Shown one piece after another: positions 44,576-54,737 of a stretch of DNA of 64,000 bases. How positions within the stretch are numbered: the first letter of the stretch is position 1; every line of letters starts with the position of its first letter. Made by a program: the position numbers and the translations under genes. The notes beneath the pieces are model-generated. The model was given only the letters and a program-made list of their open reading frames with translations, did no database searches and was not told the origin of the DNA. The DNA is from Cyanophora paradoxa CCMP329. Taxonomy: Eukaryota > Plantae > Glaucophyta. The stretch is taken from positions 124,001 to 188,000 of the forward strand of contig QPMI01000563.1 in assembly GCA_004431415.1 (NCBI GenBank), in the 5' to 3' direction.

Positions 44576-45586
44576 TTATGCGAAGCTTGTAATAACTGGA
44601 TAGGAAGGGTGAAGCTGCGACATTCTCATCTTAAAGTATTCATAAACTGGGTCTCCTGCTGGCTCATCACCATAGCGAATTTCAAAGGTCAGATGAACAG
44701 GTTGACCCTCAAAATCAATTGGTTCATTTACAGCATTAACAATATCAACCGAGAAAGTGGATAATCCAACCTTTTTGTTATAGTATTTATAAAGTGGATG
44801 AGCCTCTGTTGAATTGTAAACAACATGCTCACCATAATCTTTGTCAGGAACCACTATTTTACGGAAGTAACCAGTCAGAAGACCATCCCCACATTGAACC
44901 AGATCACCCAGCTCCTTTACTCTCACAAACAAAACACTGTCCCTGGTCTTCTCAGGCTCAAAAGAAGATATAATGCCATTCACTCGACCATCAGTAAAGA
45001 TTCCATCAGTGAGAGCATCATAAACTTGGGATTTGATTGGGGAATTCCCATATCTTCCAGGATCAAGACCAAGCAGTCTAGCTGAACTCAATAGCTTTTG
45101 GATTGTTTGTTGGCTTGGGTTTACAGCAAGTGAGAAAGCCAGGTAAAAAGGCACTGCCGAGTGGAATATAATTCGTTTCAGTGACTCATCCCATTTGCAG
45201 CGAATGGATGGTTGGGGAGTTCTGCCAATGAATTTTGAGTTGATTACATTCACCAGCTGTTGGTGGCTTTGGATGGGGGTCTCGCGATTTACCATGAATT
45301 GTTTCCATTGTTCAAAATCAGCAGCTGGACGAGTTGTTGGAATTCCTGAGCTTCCAGCTCCAGGAGTTTGTTCAGAATAATAAATACTAAATGTGTTATC
45401 AACTGTTACATCTCCTGCTTTGGTTTCACCACTCACCATAGGGATGCTGTTATAAAATTCGGCTGAGACCAGTCTCACAGCCCTCACATTCTCATAAGTA
45501 CTGGGGAGTCGAGCCACAAAGCTTGATGTGGGACCATCACCAGAGATTGTATTAAATGAGCTAACCTCGATGTAATCCACAGGCAT
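44576..45586 (-). CDS. Minor capsid (penton-like) protein 1
   Basis: N-terminal SSFVARLPSTYENVRAVRLVSAEFYNS and C-terminal LSTFSVDIVNAVNEPIDFEGQPVHLTFEI fit the pattern of PLV/NCLDV minor capsid proteins. Confidence 0.75.
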   Translation of the reverse strand: MPVDYIEVSSFNTISGDGPTSSFVARLPSTYENVRAVRLVSAEFYNSIPMVSGETKAGDVTVDNTFSIYYSEQTPGAGSSGIPTTRPAADFEQWKQFMVNRETPIQSHQQLVNVINSKFIGRTPQPSIRCKWDESLKRIIFHSAVPFYLAFSLAVNPSQQTIQKLLSSARLLGLDPGRYGNSPIKSQVYDALTDGIFTDGRVNGIISSFEPEKTRDSVLFVRVKELGDLVQCGDGLLTGYFRKIVVPDKDYGEHVVYNSTEAHPLYKYYNKKVGLSTFSVDIVNAVNEPIDFEGQPVHLTFEIRYGDEPAGDPVYEYFKMRMSQLHPSYPVITSFA

Positions 45587-45615
45587 TCTTCTTTTATCTA
45601 TATTTATATATTAAA

Positions 45616-46548
45616 ATGAATCGACTTGTTAATATTGATAGCAGGGATAGAAGCCAAGGAGAATCTGAAAACTCTTACAGGGTCACCCTCACAACTCCAG
45701 TAGAGAGACCAAGGGAATGTAGGGTTCTTTATGCAGAGATTCCAAACAGTATCTATAACAGTGTGGGGACTGATCATTTAACAGTTGATTTTAACTACCA
45801 AGATGGTTCATACAATGAAATCATCACACAGAAAGTGTATCCCCTTCCCAGTGGCTACATTAACCAGGGTCATTTTGGGGTAACACATCCCTATAATTAT
45901 GGGCTGAACTATTCAGGCTACCAGACCATTGCAGGTAAAACAGTGTTTTTTGAATTCAAGATATTCTACAATCCAACAACCTATAAAGTGGAGTTTTACA
46001 GTAACCATGAGTTCCGTTTTATTGCAAGCAACAAGCGAATCGGGAAGCTTTTGGGTGTAAGTTCTACTGAATACACCAATGGGTATTATAGCACTCCTCC
46101 TGTTGGTGGATCTCCATATCGACCTGAGAACCTTTTAAAGTATGATGGTAAACCTATTACACCTGATCACCCAGCATGGGGAATCACCTTCTCAGGACCC
46201 AGACTCTCCTCAAAGCCCTTGCAGTATTATTTCACCAGTAATAAGATGTCTGATATGAATGCTGAGCAGTATCTGTACATGCATATTAAAGAGCTTGCCC
46301 CCTTTGCCAGCAGACACAATATAATTCCGAAATCGCAACCACATAACCAGGGAGCTATCCTTAGATTGCAATTGAGTAAAGATATAGGTGGCTATGTTTA
46401 CCATAGTGGTGAGCATGCAGAATTTATTCAAATCAATGACAGAAACCTGGTGATAAGGGAACTCACAGTTGAGTTTAAAGATTACTTTGGTGAACTGATT
46501 GATATGAATGGAATCGATAATTCTTTTCAGTTGGAGTTTATCGAATAA
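45616..46548 (+). CDS. Minor capsid (penton-like) protein 2
   Basis: VNIDSRDR...YRVTL...YAEIPNSIYN and IRELTVEFKDYFGELIDMNGIDNSFQLEF. Confidence 0.8.
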   Translation: MNRLVNIDSRDRSQGESENSYRVTLTTPVERPRECRVLYAEIPNSIYNSVGTDHLTVDFNYQDGSYNEIITQKVYPLPSGYINQGHFGVTHPYNYGLNYSGYQTIAGKTVFFEFKIFYNPTTYKVEFYSNHEFRFIASNKRIGKLLGVSSTEYTNGYYSTPPVGGSPYRPENLLKYDGKPITPDHPAWGITFSGPRLSSKPLQYYFTSNKMSDMNAEQYLYMHIKELAPFASRHNIIPKSQPHNQGAILRLQLSKDIGGYVYHSGEHAEFIQINDRNLVIRELTVEFKDYFGELIDMNGIDNSFQLEFIE

Positions 46549-48094
46549 AGGCACCTGTGAAATCAACTCTCATTGTGGGAGCATTCACATACACAAGGGG
46601 ATAAATGCGAATATATTTGATTCTGAGAGAGAAACCTATGTAAAAAGCATCCTTGATGCTGAGAGGAAATCCACTCAATAGAGCCATATCACCAGAGTTG
46701 TGAGCATTGTTAATGTTCTCACAGATATATATTTTGTTCTGCCCATCTGATCGAATAAAAGACCAGTTGATCCCATCAGTGGATGTTGCCACATTGAAAG
46801 TCTTAATAAAAGCATTGGTGTCCCCTGATCCATAGGCAATCACAGAGGAGAGTTCAAAAGTATATGGAAAAGCAACTTGAAGGTATTCAGTGGGGGTTTC
46901 CCATATCTGTTCAGGAGCATACGCTCCAGCTTCCCAGCCAAATGCTGAAGGTCTAGCCATGAAAGGCTCTTTACCTGTCACAGAGGATGAGGCAGTAAAG
47001 GCATCATCTGCAAGCTGATACCAATTGGCATCCAAAGGAGGTGATGTAGTGAGAGTGGATGAGATGTAAGCCTTTGAGGGGTTCTTAAGTTCATAGTTTG
47101 CCACCAGCAAACTGCAAAGCTTATTAATCATATCATTGTTTGCTGCTATGTAGGTTTCAGTGAAAGAAAGCATATCTGGGATCTTAGAAGTGTCATCCAG
47201 GGAGCTTACTATGTGATTTGGAAGAGGTACTGATAGCCTGTAATATCTCCCATAATCCTGATCATAGTTGTAGGGTAACAACTCCTCCATCTTATCAAGG
47301 GCAGAAAGCTCACTTGCAGCCATGAGCATGTTAATCAATGGGCTTCCATCTGTTGAGGCAATCCATGAGAGAATGCCCCAGCTGTTGACAGTCTCATAAG
47401 CATAACCCACATAATCAGACTCTAAATGTGGGTCCACCTCTCCACAAGATATACTTATTACTATAATATCATCATCATCACTGTAAATTTTCTTTGCATG
47501 GCTGTAACCACACACACTGGGATTATTGTTTCCAGAAATGGCACCATCAATGAGACAGACATATACTCCCCGATTGAAATCAACAATGCTTACAGGTGAA
47601 AAGTATGTAGGAGCAGCAGAAGTAGCCCTAGCAGCAATCTTACAGGGCATAAAGTTGTAATTGTTGTCATTTGTGATAAATATTGGTTTCATATTCTGAG
47701 TATCAAAGGATGTAATCACAATGTCCTTTAGGGAATCCTGTATTAGTGATTCACCAGTAACTGAATTGATTGCAGTCTCCAAGGGTCCCACATCATACTT
47801 TGTATTAAAAAGGGCATTTTCGATTATATTTCGAGGATTTGCGAAAATCAAGGGCAGTTGAGTTAGGTAAATATTGTGTAAATCGTTTGCTGTCAGTTTA
47901 GGTTCACCTGGTTTATCAGGATGCCTGATGTTTAACCCAATAGCAATGATCCCACCAGTGGAAGTTCCACTCACAAGATCCACAAGATCGATTATTCTCC
48001 TGCCAGTTCGATTTTCGATTTCTTTTAGCAGCCTGGTTATGATAATGCCCCTTGCACCTCCCCCTGACAATGCTAAAACGACCTTGAGAGGCAT
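46538..48094 (-). CDS. Patatin-like phospholipase fused to a C-terminal F5/8 type C (discoidin)-like domain
   Basis: LSGGGARG oxyanion loop, GTSTG nucleophile, ATSAAPTYF and IDGA catalytic Asp. C-terminal FTASS...EYLQVAF...FNVATSTDGINW...KYIRIYP...MRVDF. Confidence 0.9.
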   Translation of the reverse strand: MPLKVVLALSGGGARGIIITRLLKEIENRTGRRIIDLVDLVSGTSTGGIIAIGLNIRHPDKPGEPKLTANDLHNIYLTQLPLIFANPRNIIENALFNTKYDVGPLETAINSVTGESLIQDSLKDIVITSFDTQNMKPIFITNDNNYNFMPCKIAARATSAAPTYFSPVSIVDFNRGVYVCLIDGAISGNNNPSVCGYSHAKKIYSDDDDIIVISISCGEVDPHLESDYVGYAYETVNSWGILSWIASTDGSPLINMLMAASELSALDKMEELLPYNYDQDYGRYYRLSVPLPNHIVSSLDDTSKIPDMLSFTETYIAANNDMINKLCSLLVANYELKNPSKAYISSTLTTSPPLDANWYQLADDAFTASSSVTGKEPFMARPSAFGWEAGAYAPEQIWETPTEYLQVAFPYTFELSSVIAYGSGDTNAFIKTFNVATSTDGINWSFIRSDGQNKIYICENINNAHNSGDMALLSGFPLSIKDAFYIGFSLRIKYIRIYPLVYVNAPTMRVDFTGAFIR

Positions 48095-48137
48095 CTTTTA
48101 CTTATCAGGAATTTTATAAATCCATATAGTAAAAGCC

Positions 48138-51100
48138 ATGAGCTTCAATTACCCACCAAATCTAGAAACCATTCAAGATGATAATGCAGGCAGCACCAAG
48201 CATGTGAACTTTGATAATATTAAAGTAAAGGGTTCAGTTTCAATTGACCACAGCTCTGATAATTCATCAAAGACTCAATCAAGGGAGCATGCTTTATCTG
48301 TGAATCAAACCGATCCAGATAAAGAGGAGGTCAGTGTTGCTTTTAGTTTGGGTAATGTGAAAGCAAACCAAGTGGCAGAGATCAAAGCAACAAGAAGGAG
48401 ACCTAGGAAATTAAAAACCAGTGGCACTCACCCAGATATACCTTCCAGGTTCGATAGTGGTCGATTGATTTTCAATGTTCAAGATGAGCAGGGCAAACAG
48501 AACACAGCTTTGCGAATTTACAATGAGGGCAGCACTGCAAAAGCTGAGGTCCCCCAAGTATTGCAAGTGGGTCCCATTGCCAACACAAATCAGGTCTCCT
48601 ACACAAATGATGTATACCCCAAGGATATTACATATGACTTTGCGAGGAATGAGCCTTTTGGGTTTTTTACTCCAAAAGATGTCCATCAAAAAAAGCCATC
48701 AATTACAATCAACAGTAGCCCCAGTCAACCAGTAGCAATCCATTTACACCCTGATTTAGTCGAAATGGATAGGCACCTTTTGCCTTTGTATAGCAATGTG
48801 AAAGACCTTGGAATTCGAACCAGGCAATGGCGAAATATCCATGGCAGCAATGTGTATGCAAATGGGGAGAAACTTGTGAGTGAGAAAACTCTAAGGGAAA
48901 TAATCGAGCATTATGGTCCCAATGGACCAACAGTCCCATTCCCTATTCCATTTCCAAATGGACCTCCCGATTTAACACCAAAGAAGCAGCCTGGAAGAGA
49001 ATACACAGCAACTGAAGATGTAGCCTTTGGGCAGCATATTGTTAGTTGGGAGCAAGTTCGCAATAAACCTATAATTGAACCCAGAAAGCAAATAGATGAG
49101 CAGTATTTACCTCCTGAAGTCGATATATTAGAGCTTGATGAATATCAATTCGTTCCAGATGAGGAAGAATATTTACCAGATGGTTTTGACCCACAAGAAT
49201 ATGAATATGATCAGTTTGATCCCAATGAGGAGGAGATACTACCAGATGGCTTAGATCCACAAGAGTTTGAGTATGAGCAGAACTATGAACCTGATGAGGA
49301 GTATTTGCCAGATGGGCATGATCCACCAGCTGTTGATTATGAGCAACCTTATGAACCCCATGAGGAATTGTTACCAGATGGATTTCGACCTGAGATCTGG
49401 GAGTTCTTTCCTGATTATGAACAAATTAATAATAAACCTGCAAAGTATCCCCCAGAGGATCACAATCATGATTGGGATGAGATCTTAGGCAAACCTCAGA
49501 AGTATCCACCAGAGGATCACAGGCATGATTGGGGAGAAATTGATGGGATTCCAACTGAGTTCCCACCAAGCAAACATGAACATACTTGGGATGAGATCAA
49601 TGACCAACCAGAATTCGCAAAGGTAGAGCCTCTTGATAACTTGGGGGTTTCTCTTTATCAGACTTGTAATGTCCCAGAAAGGATCTTTTTGAATGAACAC
49701 TATGTACATGTGAATGGGACACTTGCAAATTCAGCTATGAGAGGACCACTTCATATTAGGACATTACCAGGCTCTTTTGAAACCCCACCACCACCAGGAG
49801 CAACCATACCAAATATCTTTGTGTCAAGCTACATGGAGGCTGACATTCCCACAGATACATTCAGAGTCCCAACAGACCCAGCAACCTACCAAAATTACAA
49901 CTCTGCTATACAGGTTCATGTAGCAGATGTAAGCAGCTTAGATGGCTCAAGACCAATGATAGTTTTCAGTCGAGATAAGTATTCCTACATTCCCATAGTG
50001 GGAACTGCAAATGATAATTATGGAAGGGCAGAGCTTGCATGGATTAAAACAGATTATGGTGGGGTTCTGGAAGCCAATCAAAGAATGGCTGCAAAAAACA
50101 TACACAATGAGAGCATTTCGAGAGTAGTCACAGAGGATTACCTTCAAGCTCAAAACTACATAGATGAAACAGAACTAAATACAATCATTGCAGGTATAGG
50201 TATTGGTGTTACAGGCAATTACCTCCCTCTCACAGGTGGGACTATTGATGGAACAGTAACAGCATGTAACTTCTTTGTCCATACTGAAAGCAATCAAACC
50301 TTTCCTGTGGTTCATCCAGGAGGTGAGTATGAGATACCTGATGATCCAGCTATTATGCCCATTAAGATTGATCTCCCTTCTGATTATGTAGGAAGGGGTG
50401 AACTAAAGACCATCTCTTTCACAGGAGATTATAATGATCTCATAAATAAACCCACCCCATCCAATTTACACCCTGTTGCATACTCAGGTAGTTTCCTTGA
50501 TCTTAATAATAGATCACACACCCACACAAAGGCAGAGATCACAGATTTCGCACACACTCACACAAAATCCCAGATAACAGATTTTGCACACACCCACACC
50601 AGAGCAGATATCACGAATTTTGCTCACACCCATTTTAAATCTGAGATCTCAGATTTTGCTCACACTCACACAAAGTCACAGATTACAGATTTTGCACACA
50701 CTCATGTCAAGAGTGAGATAACAGATTTTGCACACACTCATGTCAAGAGTGAGATTACAGATTTTGCTCACACTCACACCAAAGGTGAAATTACAGACTT
50801 TGCTCATACTCATACAAAATCCCAAATTACAGATTTCGCACACACCCACCTTTGGGGAGATATTACAGATCGACCTACTCTGGATCCATTCACAGCTACC
50901 ACTATAAGAGCCAACAACACAATGTATGTAGGATCAGGTCAGATTGTAGAACCAGCAGGACCTATGTTTGAAGAAACATGGTTCTTCCACAATTCGCAGA
51001 ATTACTTTGATAAAACCTTACTTGTTCGTGGAAATGCATATGCAAGGAATTTCTATGCTATGAACCCCTCAAATAATGCGACCATCAGTCGATGCATTAC

Positions 51101-51437
51101 AGAAGCAGATCTTTCCAGTCAACTCAATGCATATTTTAATGGGAAAATTCAAGCAGGTAAGTATGTTTACACTACTCCTGTTTTAAATTACAATAATCTG
51201 TATGTGTTCAATCTTACTATCTATTTTACCAATGCCTTTGCTTCTCCTCCTGTTGTTACAGCAACTGTAAGGCATGAAGGACAAGAACCAAATTATCAAG
51301 TAACTCCCGTCATTTTTACTGTGAACCTGTTGAATGTTTACAGTAACTATTTCACCTGTGAACTTTTCACTGATCCATATGCAATGAATAATTCATCCAA
51401 AACTGTAACAATCCATTACATTGCTGTCGCAATTTAA
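48138..51437 (+). CDS. Large fibre/spike protein with bacteriophage tail-fibre-like repeats (1099 aa)
   Basis: Ten 12-aa HTHxKxxITDFA units, 19-aa KPxxYPPxxHxHxWxEI repeats, acidic LPDG repeats, YLPLTGGTIDG, FTGDYNDLINKP, and a C-terminal H-type-lectin-like beta domain (IYFTNAFASPPVVTAT). Confidence 0.75.
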   Translation: MSFNYPPNLETIQDDNAGSTKHVNFDNIKVKGSVSIDHSSDNSSKTQSREHALSVNQTDPDKEEVSVAFSLGNVKANQVAEIKATRRRPRKLKTSGTHPDIPSRFDSGRLIFNVQDEQGKQNTALRIYNEGSTAKAEVPQVLQVGPIANTNQVSYTNDVYPKDITYDFARNEPFGFFTPKDVHQKKPSITINSSPSQPVAIHLHPDLVEMDRHLLPLYSNVKDLGIRTRQWRNIHGSNVYANGEKLVSEKTLREIIEHYGPNGPTVPFPIPFPNGPPDLTPKKQPGREYTATEDVAFGQHIVSWEQVRNKPIIEPRKQIDEQYLPPEVDILELDEYQFVPDEEEYLPDGFDPQEYEYDQFDPNEEEILPDGLDPQEFEYEQNYEPDEEYLPDGHDPPAVDYEQPYEPHEELLPDGFRPEIWEFFPDYEQINNKPAKYPPEDHNHDWDEILGKPQKYPPEDHRHDWGEIDGIPTEFPPSKHEHTWDEINDQPEFAKVEPLDNLGVSLYQTCNVPERIFLNEHYVHVNGTLANSAMRGPLHIRTLPGSFETPPPPGATIPNIFVSSYMEADIPTDTFRVPTDPATYQNYNSAIQVHVADVSSLDGSRPMIVFSRDKYSYIPIVGTANDNYGRAELAWIKTDYGGVLEANQRMAAKNIHNESISRVVTEDYLQAQNYIDETELNTIIAGIGIGVTGNYLPLTGGTIDGTVTACNFFVHTESNQTFPVVHPGGEYEIPDDPAIMPIKIDLPSDYVGRGELKTISFTGDYNDLINKPTPSNLHPVAYSGSFLDLNNRSHTHTKAEITDFAHTHTKSQITDFAHTHTRADITNFAHTHFKSEISDFAHTHTKSQITDFAHTHVKSEITDFAHTHVKSEITDFAHTHTKGEITDFAHTHTKSQITDFAHTHLWGDITDRPTLDPFTATTIRANNTMYVGSGQIVEPAGPMFEETWFFHNSQNYFDKTLLVRGNAYARNFYAMNPSNNATISRCITEADLSSQLNAYFNGKIQAGKYVYTTPVLNYNNLYVFNLTIYFTNAFASPPVVTATVRHEGQEPNYQVTPVIFTVNLLNVYSNYFTCELFTDPYAMNNSSKTVTIHYIAVAI
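50517..50876 (+). repeat. 36-bp coding tandem repeat, 10 units (HTHTKSQITDFA)
   Basis: Directly visible in both DNA and translation. Confidence 0.95.
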
Positions 51438-51456
51438 CTATTTGATTAATATAAAG

Positions 51457-52524
51457 ATGACCTCTCTATTAGAAATCCCAAACTATGAACTTGCAGCCAA
51501 ATCACTGCACAGCACCTCTCATGGAGTAGTTGATTCAACCCCTGGGTATATTTGTACTGAAACTTCAAGTAATACCTCTTTCACAGAGAATAATATACTC
51601 AGAGTCAAAGAAATTCGATGTGATAGAAATGGAGGCAAGATAAGAACCACAGGAATTATTATTTCGAATAAAAATCAGGTTCAAGCAGGTCAAGTAGTCC
51701 CAGATTCAGCAATATATGATAATGTAGGTGGATTTACCACAGCACAGATAGTTTCTTTTGGTAACACAAGTAATACTTCCGCTCTTGTAGTCAAGAGTGG
51801 AGGAGCATACTTTGGAGAGGCATTAAAGGTGAATGGAACAGTAACAGCATCCATACTAAATGCTGGAAGTGGAATGTTTGAGAGTCCAATAAATTTTGAG
51901 GGTGGATATAATGCGAGTAGTTTTTCAGTTGGTGTTGGTGTCTTTTCCACAATGTTAAACACACCTGAAATTGAATCATCGAATGCACTCAATATCAAGA
52001 GAAATGCAGTGGTTACAGCAACCATAAACAATGTTTCCCCTTCAATAAATCTAATTAAATATCTGAAAGCTCCTCACCCTCGGTTTTGTATTGTAAATTA
52101 TTCAACATCAGCAGTTACTGTGGGAACCACATCAACAGCAAGAAGATTCGCTTTTAACAGAACTCTTGTGGATGCAAGCAATAATATCACATTATCCACA
52201 GGCACCTTTACAGCACCTGTGTCCGGAATTTATAGATTCTTCTTCATTGTTCAAATGTCAACAGCTTCATCAACAGGGGAGTGTAGAGTTGCATTTAGAA
52301 AGAATGATTTGGCTCTTTCCCCTCAATCGGTTCAAGAATTTTCAACTTACAATGGAAGGCGAAGTGTTCATATGGAGGCTTCTTTTGCTGTATATGCGAA
52401 CGAATTTGTGAATGTTATACAAACCTGGACATCGTCCATGCAATATGATGCTACAATACAAGGTATTACCTGTTTTGGGGGCATCTCATCAGTAGATTAT
52501 AAACTTTTTGTTGGGAATTTATAG
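51457..52524 (+). CDS. Fibre paralogue A with C-terminal C1q-like domain
   Basis: Shared N-terminal domain (RVKEIRCDRNGGKIRTT...ALVVKSGGA); C1q signature FNRTLVD...TGTFTAPVSGIYRFFF. Confidence 0.75.
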   Translation: MTSLLEIPNYELAAKSLHSTSHGVVDSTPGYICTETSSNTSFTENNILRVKEIRCDRNGGKIRTTGIIISNKNQVQAGQVVPDSAIYDNVGGFTTAQIVSFGNTSNTSALVVKSGGAYFGEALKVNGTVTASILNAGSGMFESPINFEGGYNASSFSVGVGVFSTMLNTPEIESSNALNIKRNAVVTATINNVSPSINLIKYLKAPHPRFCIVNYSTSAVTVGTTSTARRFAFNRTLVDASNNITLSTGTFTAPVSGIYRFFFIVQMSTASSTGECRVAFRKNDLALSPQSVQEFSTYNGRRSVHMEASFAVYANEFVNVIQTWTSSMQYDATIQGITCFGGISSVDYKLFVGNL

Positions 52525-53547
52525 ATGGCTACCCAAATTGCAGTTCCTGTTTTCTGTTATGCAGCACCTAAATTGCATCAACTGAACCACACAGTTACAG
52601 ATGCTATTCCCGGGTTTATTTGCACAGAAACCACAGGAGCAGATTCATTTACTCAAAATTCAATTATCAGATGCAAGGAAATTCGATGTGATAGAAATGC
52701 TGGAAAAATACGAACCACACAATTAATCGTAAGTAACAAGAATCAGGTTTTACCAGGTGGTGTAGTTGCTGATGCAGCTATTTATGATGATGCAGGTGGG
52801 GTGACCACACCACAAATTGTTACTTTTGATGGGACAGAAAATAATGCAGCACTTGTAGTTAAATCAGGTGGAGCATGGATAGGTTCGGGAGCTTTTGTGA
52901 ATGGAACACTCTCAGCTACAAATGTTTCAATTTCAGGAACAACAACATTTACAGGTGTTGTGAATGCAAATGGTGGTCTTTTTGTTCCTACTTATACAGT
53001 CCCTGTGATGACCGCAACCACAAAGATACAAACACCTGAAATAGATACAGGAGCAAATGTAGATCTGATTCTGAAACGAAATAGCACAGAAGTCGCACGA
53101 ATTGATGCAGGGGGTCTTACAATCGCAGCAAACTTTTATTTGAAGCAAGAAACCCAACCTCGATTTTGTGTTGGGTTTGGTGTAGCAACAAGAAGTGGAG
53201 TATATGGGCGTCTTACTAATTGGTTGCATGAATTCTTTGATAATACCAACTCATTTGATGTAGTAGAAGGGAAATTCACAGCGCCTATAAGTGGAGATTA
53301 TAGATTCTCTCTTAATTCTTATAGTATTGTTACCTCATCTGTGAGTGTAGATCTGAAAGTAAATGATCAGAATGTTTCAACAGAATTCAATTTCAGGGTA
53401 AACAACTCACAAACAGTAACCAACAAAACAATCATTTTGAGCGCAATACTCAGACTTGGAGCCGGGGATAATGTCTCTATTTATGCTGTTGATACTTCCA
53501 TTTCAGAATTCACAACGTTTAGTGGCGAATTGCTGAGCATAATTTAA
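52525..53547 (+). CDS. Fibre paralogue B with C-terminal C1q-like domain
   Basis: Same N-terminal domain; FDNTNSFD...GKFTAPISGDYRFS...LRLGAGDNVSI...TTFSGELL. Confidence 0.8.
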   Translation: MATQIAVPVFCYAAPKLHQLNHTVTDAIPGFICTETTGADSFTQNSIIRCKEIRCDRNAGKIRTTQLIVSNKNQVLPGGVVADAAIYDDAGGVTTPQIVTFDGTENNAALVVKSGGAWIGSGAFVNGTLSATNVSISGTTTFTGVVNANGGLFVPTYTVPVMTATTKIQTPEIDTGANVDLILKRNSTEVARIDAGGLTIAANFYLKQETQPRFCVGFGVATRSGVYGRLTNWLHEFFDNTNSFDVVEGKFTAPISGDYRFSLNSYSIVTSSVSVDLKVNDQNVSTEFNFRVNNSQTVTNKTIILSAILRLGAGDNVSIYAVDTSISEFTTFSGELLSII

Positions 53548-53566
53548 TTTCTACAAGTAGTTTAGA

Positions 53567-53830
53567 ATGTCGAATATATACCAAGTAGTTCTGACTGATA
53601 CCGAAAAGTTGGGAATGGAATATTGCGCTGCTTCTGTTCAGGACTGGATTGATAATGCTGCCCACAACAGGGCAAGAATCGCAATTGATGAGATTGTTCA
53701 GAAAGAGATCCAATCTTGCATCTCATCAGGAGTTCAGATACCAACCTCAAAGGAAGCGATTGTATTACAGGCATTCCAAAGGGGAACTGTAAAGAAAGGT
53801 ATCGAGTATAATAATGTCACAGAAGAGTAG
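53567..53830 (+). CDS. Small phage-like protein, putative fibre chaperone/partner (87 aa)
   Basis: VVLTDTEKLGMEYCAASVQDWIDNAAHNRARIAIDEIV resembles small proteins I recall next to C1q fibre genes in aquatic tailed phages; unverified. Confidence 0.6.
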   Translation: MSNIYQVVLTDTEKLGMEYCAASVQDWIDNAAHNRARIAIDEIVQKEIQSCISSGVQIPTSKEAIVLQAFQRGTVKKGIEYNNVTEE

Positions 53831-53868
53831 TGTACATTATTTTTCTTTCCTTCTTAGTAAAAGAAGCA

Positions 53869-54714
53869 ATGGGTGAATATAATCGAGTTCAACTTCCAAT
53901 ATATTCCCTTGGATCCCCTGCAATGCACTTTCGCCAGCATGAAGTTAATGATGAGGTTCGTGGTTTAGAATCCACAGAGAGACCCAATTCCAATGGTAAC
54001 TCCTTTGATAAAAATTCGATTATTCGAGTTAAAGAGCTGAGAGCTGATAAGAATTCAGGTGTGGTTAAAACAACTCGACTTCTTGTCACAAATGCTAACT
54101 TTTTCCAGCCTACAAATGGAGGTCCTGATGCTTACAGTGTTGATCTGAAAGCCCTGGATTTCGATAAGAATTCTGCAGCTGTTACTGTGAGATCAGGAGG
54201 AGCATTTATTGGGGGTGGCTGCAGAGTTTCAGGTCAACTCTCATCCTCAATTTCGTATAATGATGTCCCAGATACTCTTGAGCAGAATGTTGAAGACCCC
54301 CAACGAATTCGATTATATATACCAGTTGCACAACAGCCACTTATTCAATTTTACCAAGGTTATACTGTCACACTTGAAAACTCTGAATTAATTGAAGGAA
54401 CCAAAAGAGTAATGAGAGGGCTGGTCATTCCTTCTGCAATGCTTTCTTTATGTAGAGCCAACAATAACCAGCCAGGTCACAGATACAATTTCAGTGTTCA
54501 AGGATATGATCATTTTGGCACAGGGTTCTGTGTTTATAATAACAATTTCACCTATGATCTGTTTGTTACAGATATTGGAAAATATACAATTACAGTTATG
54601 GGTATCAGAACAGATATAGCTGCTGTCTCAGCTCTTAGAGGTGTTACTCCTGATACTCTTTCTCAAACAGGGTTTTACATGGAGCCAGATGTAATTGATG
54701 ACCCAACCCCATAA
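53869..54714 (+). CDS. Fibre paralogue C
   Basis: Shared N-terminal domain (RVKELRADKNSGVVKTT...VRSGGAFIG); distinct C-terminal domain (YDHFG...GKYTITVMGIRTD). Confidence 0.65.
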   Translation: MGEYNRVQLPIYSLGSPAMHFRQHEVNDEVRGLESTERPNSNGNSFDKNSIIRVKELRADKNSGVVKTTRLLVTNANFFQPTNGGPDAYSVDLKALDFDKNSAAVTVRSGGAFIGGGCRVSGQLSSSISYNDVPDTLEQNVEDPQRIRLYIPVAQQPLIQFYQGYTVTLENSELIEGTKRVMRGLVIPSAMLSLCRANNNQPGHRYNFSVQGYDHFGTGFCVYNNNFTYDLFVTDIGKYTITVMGIRTDIAAVSALRGVTPDTLSQTGFYMEPDVIDDPTP

Positions 54715-54737
54715 AAGATATATCCCTTTAATGTAAA

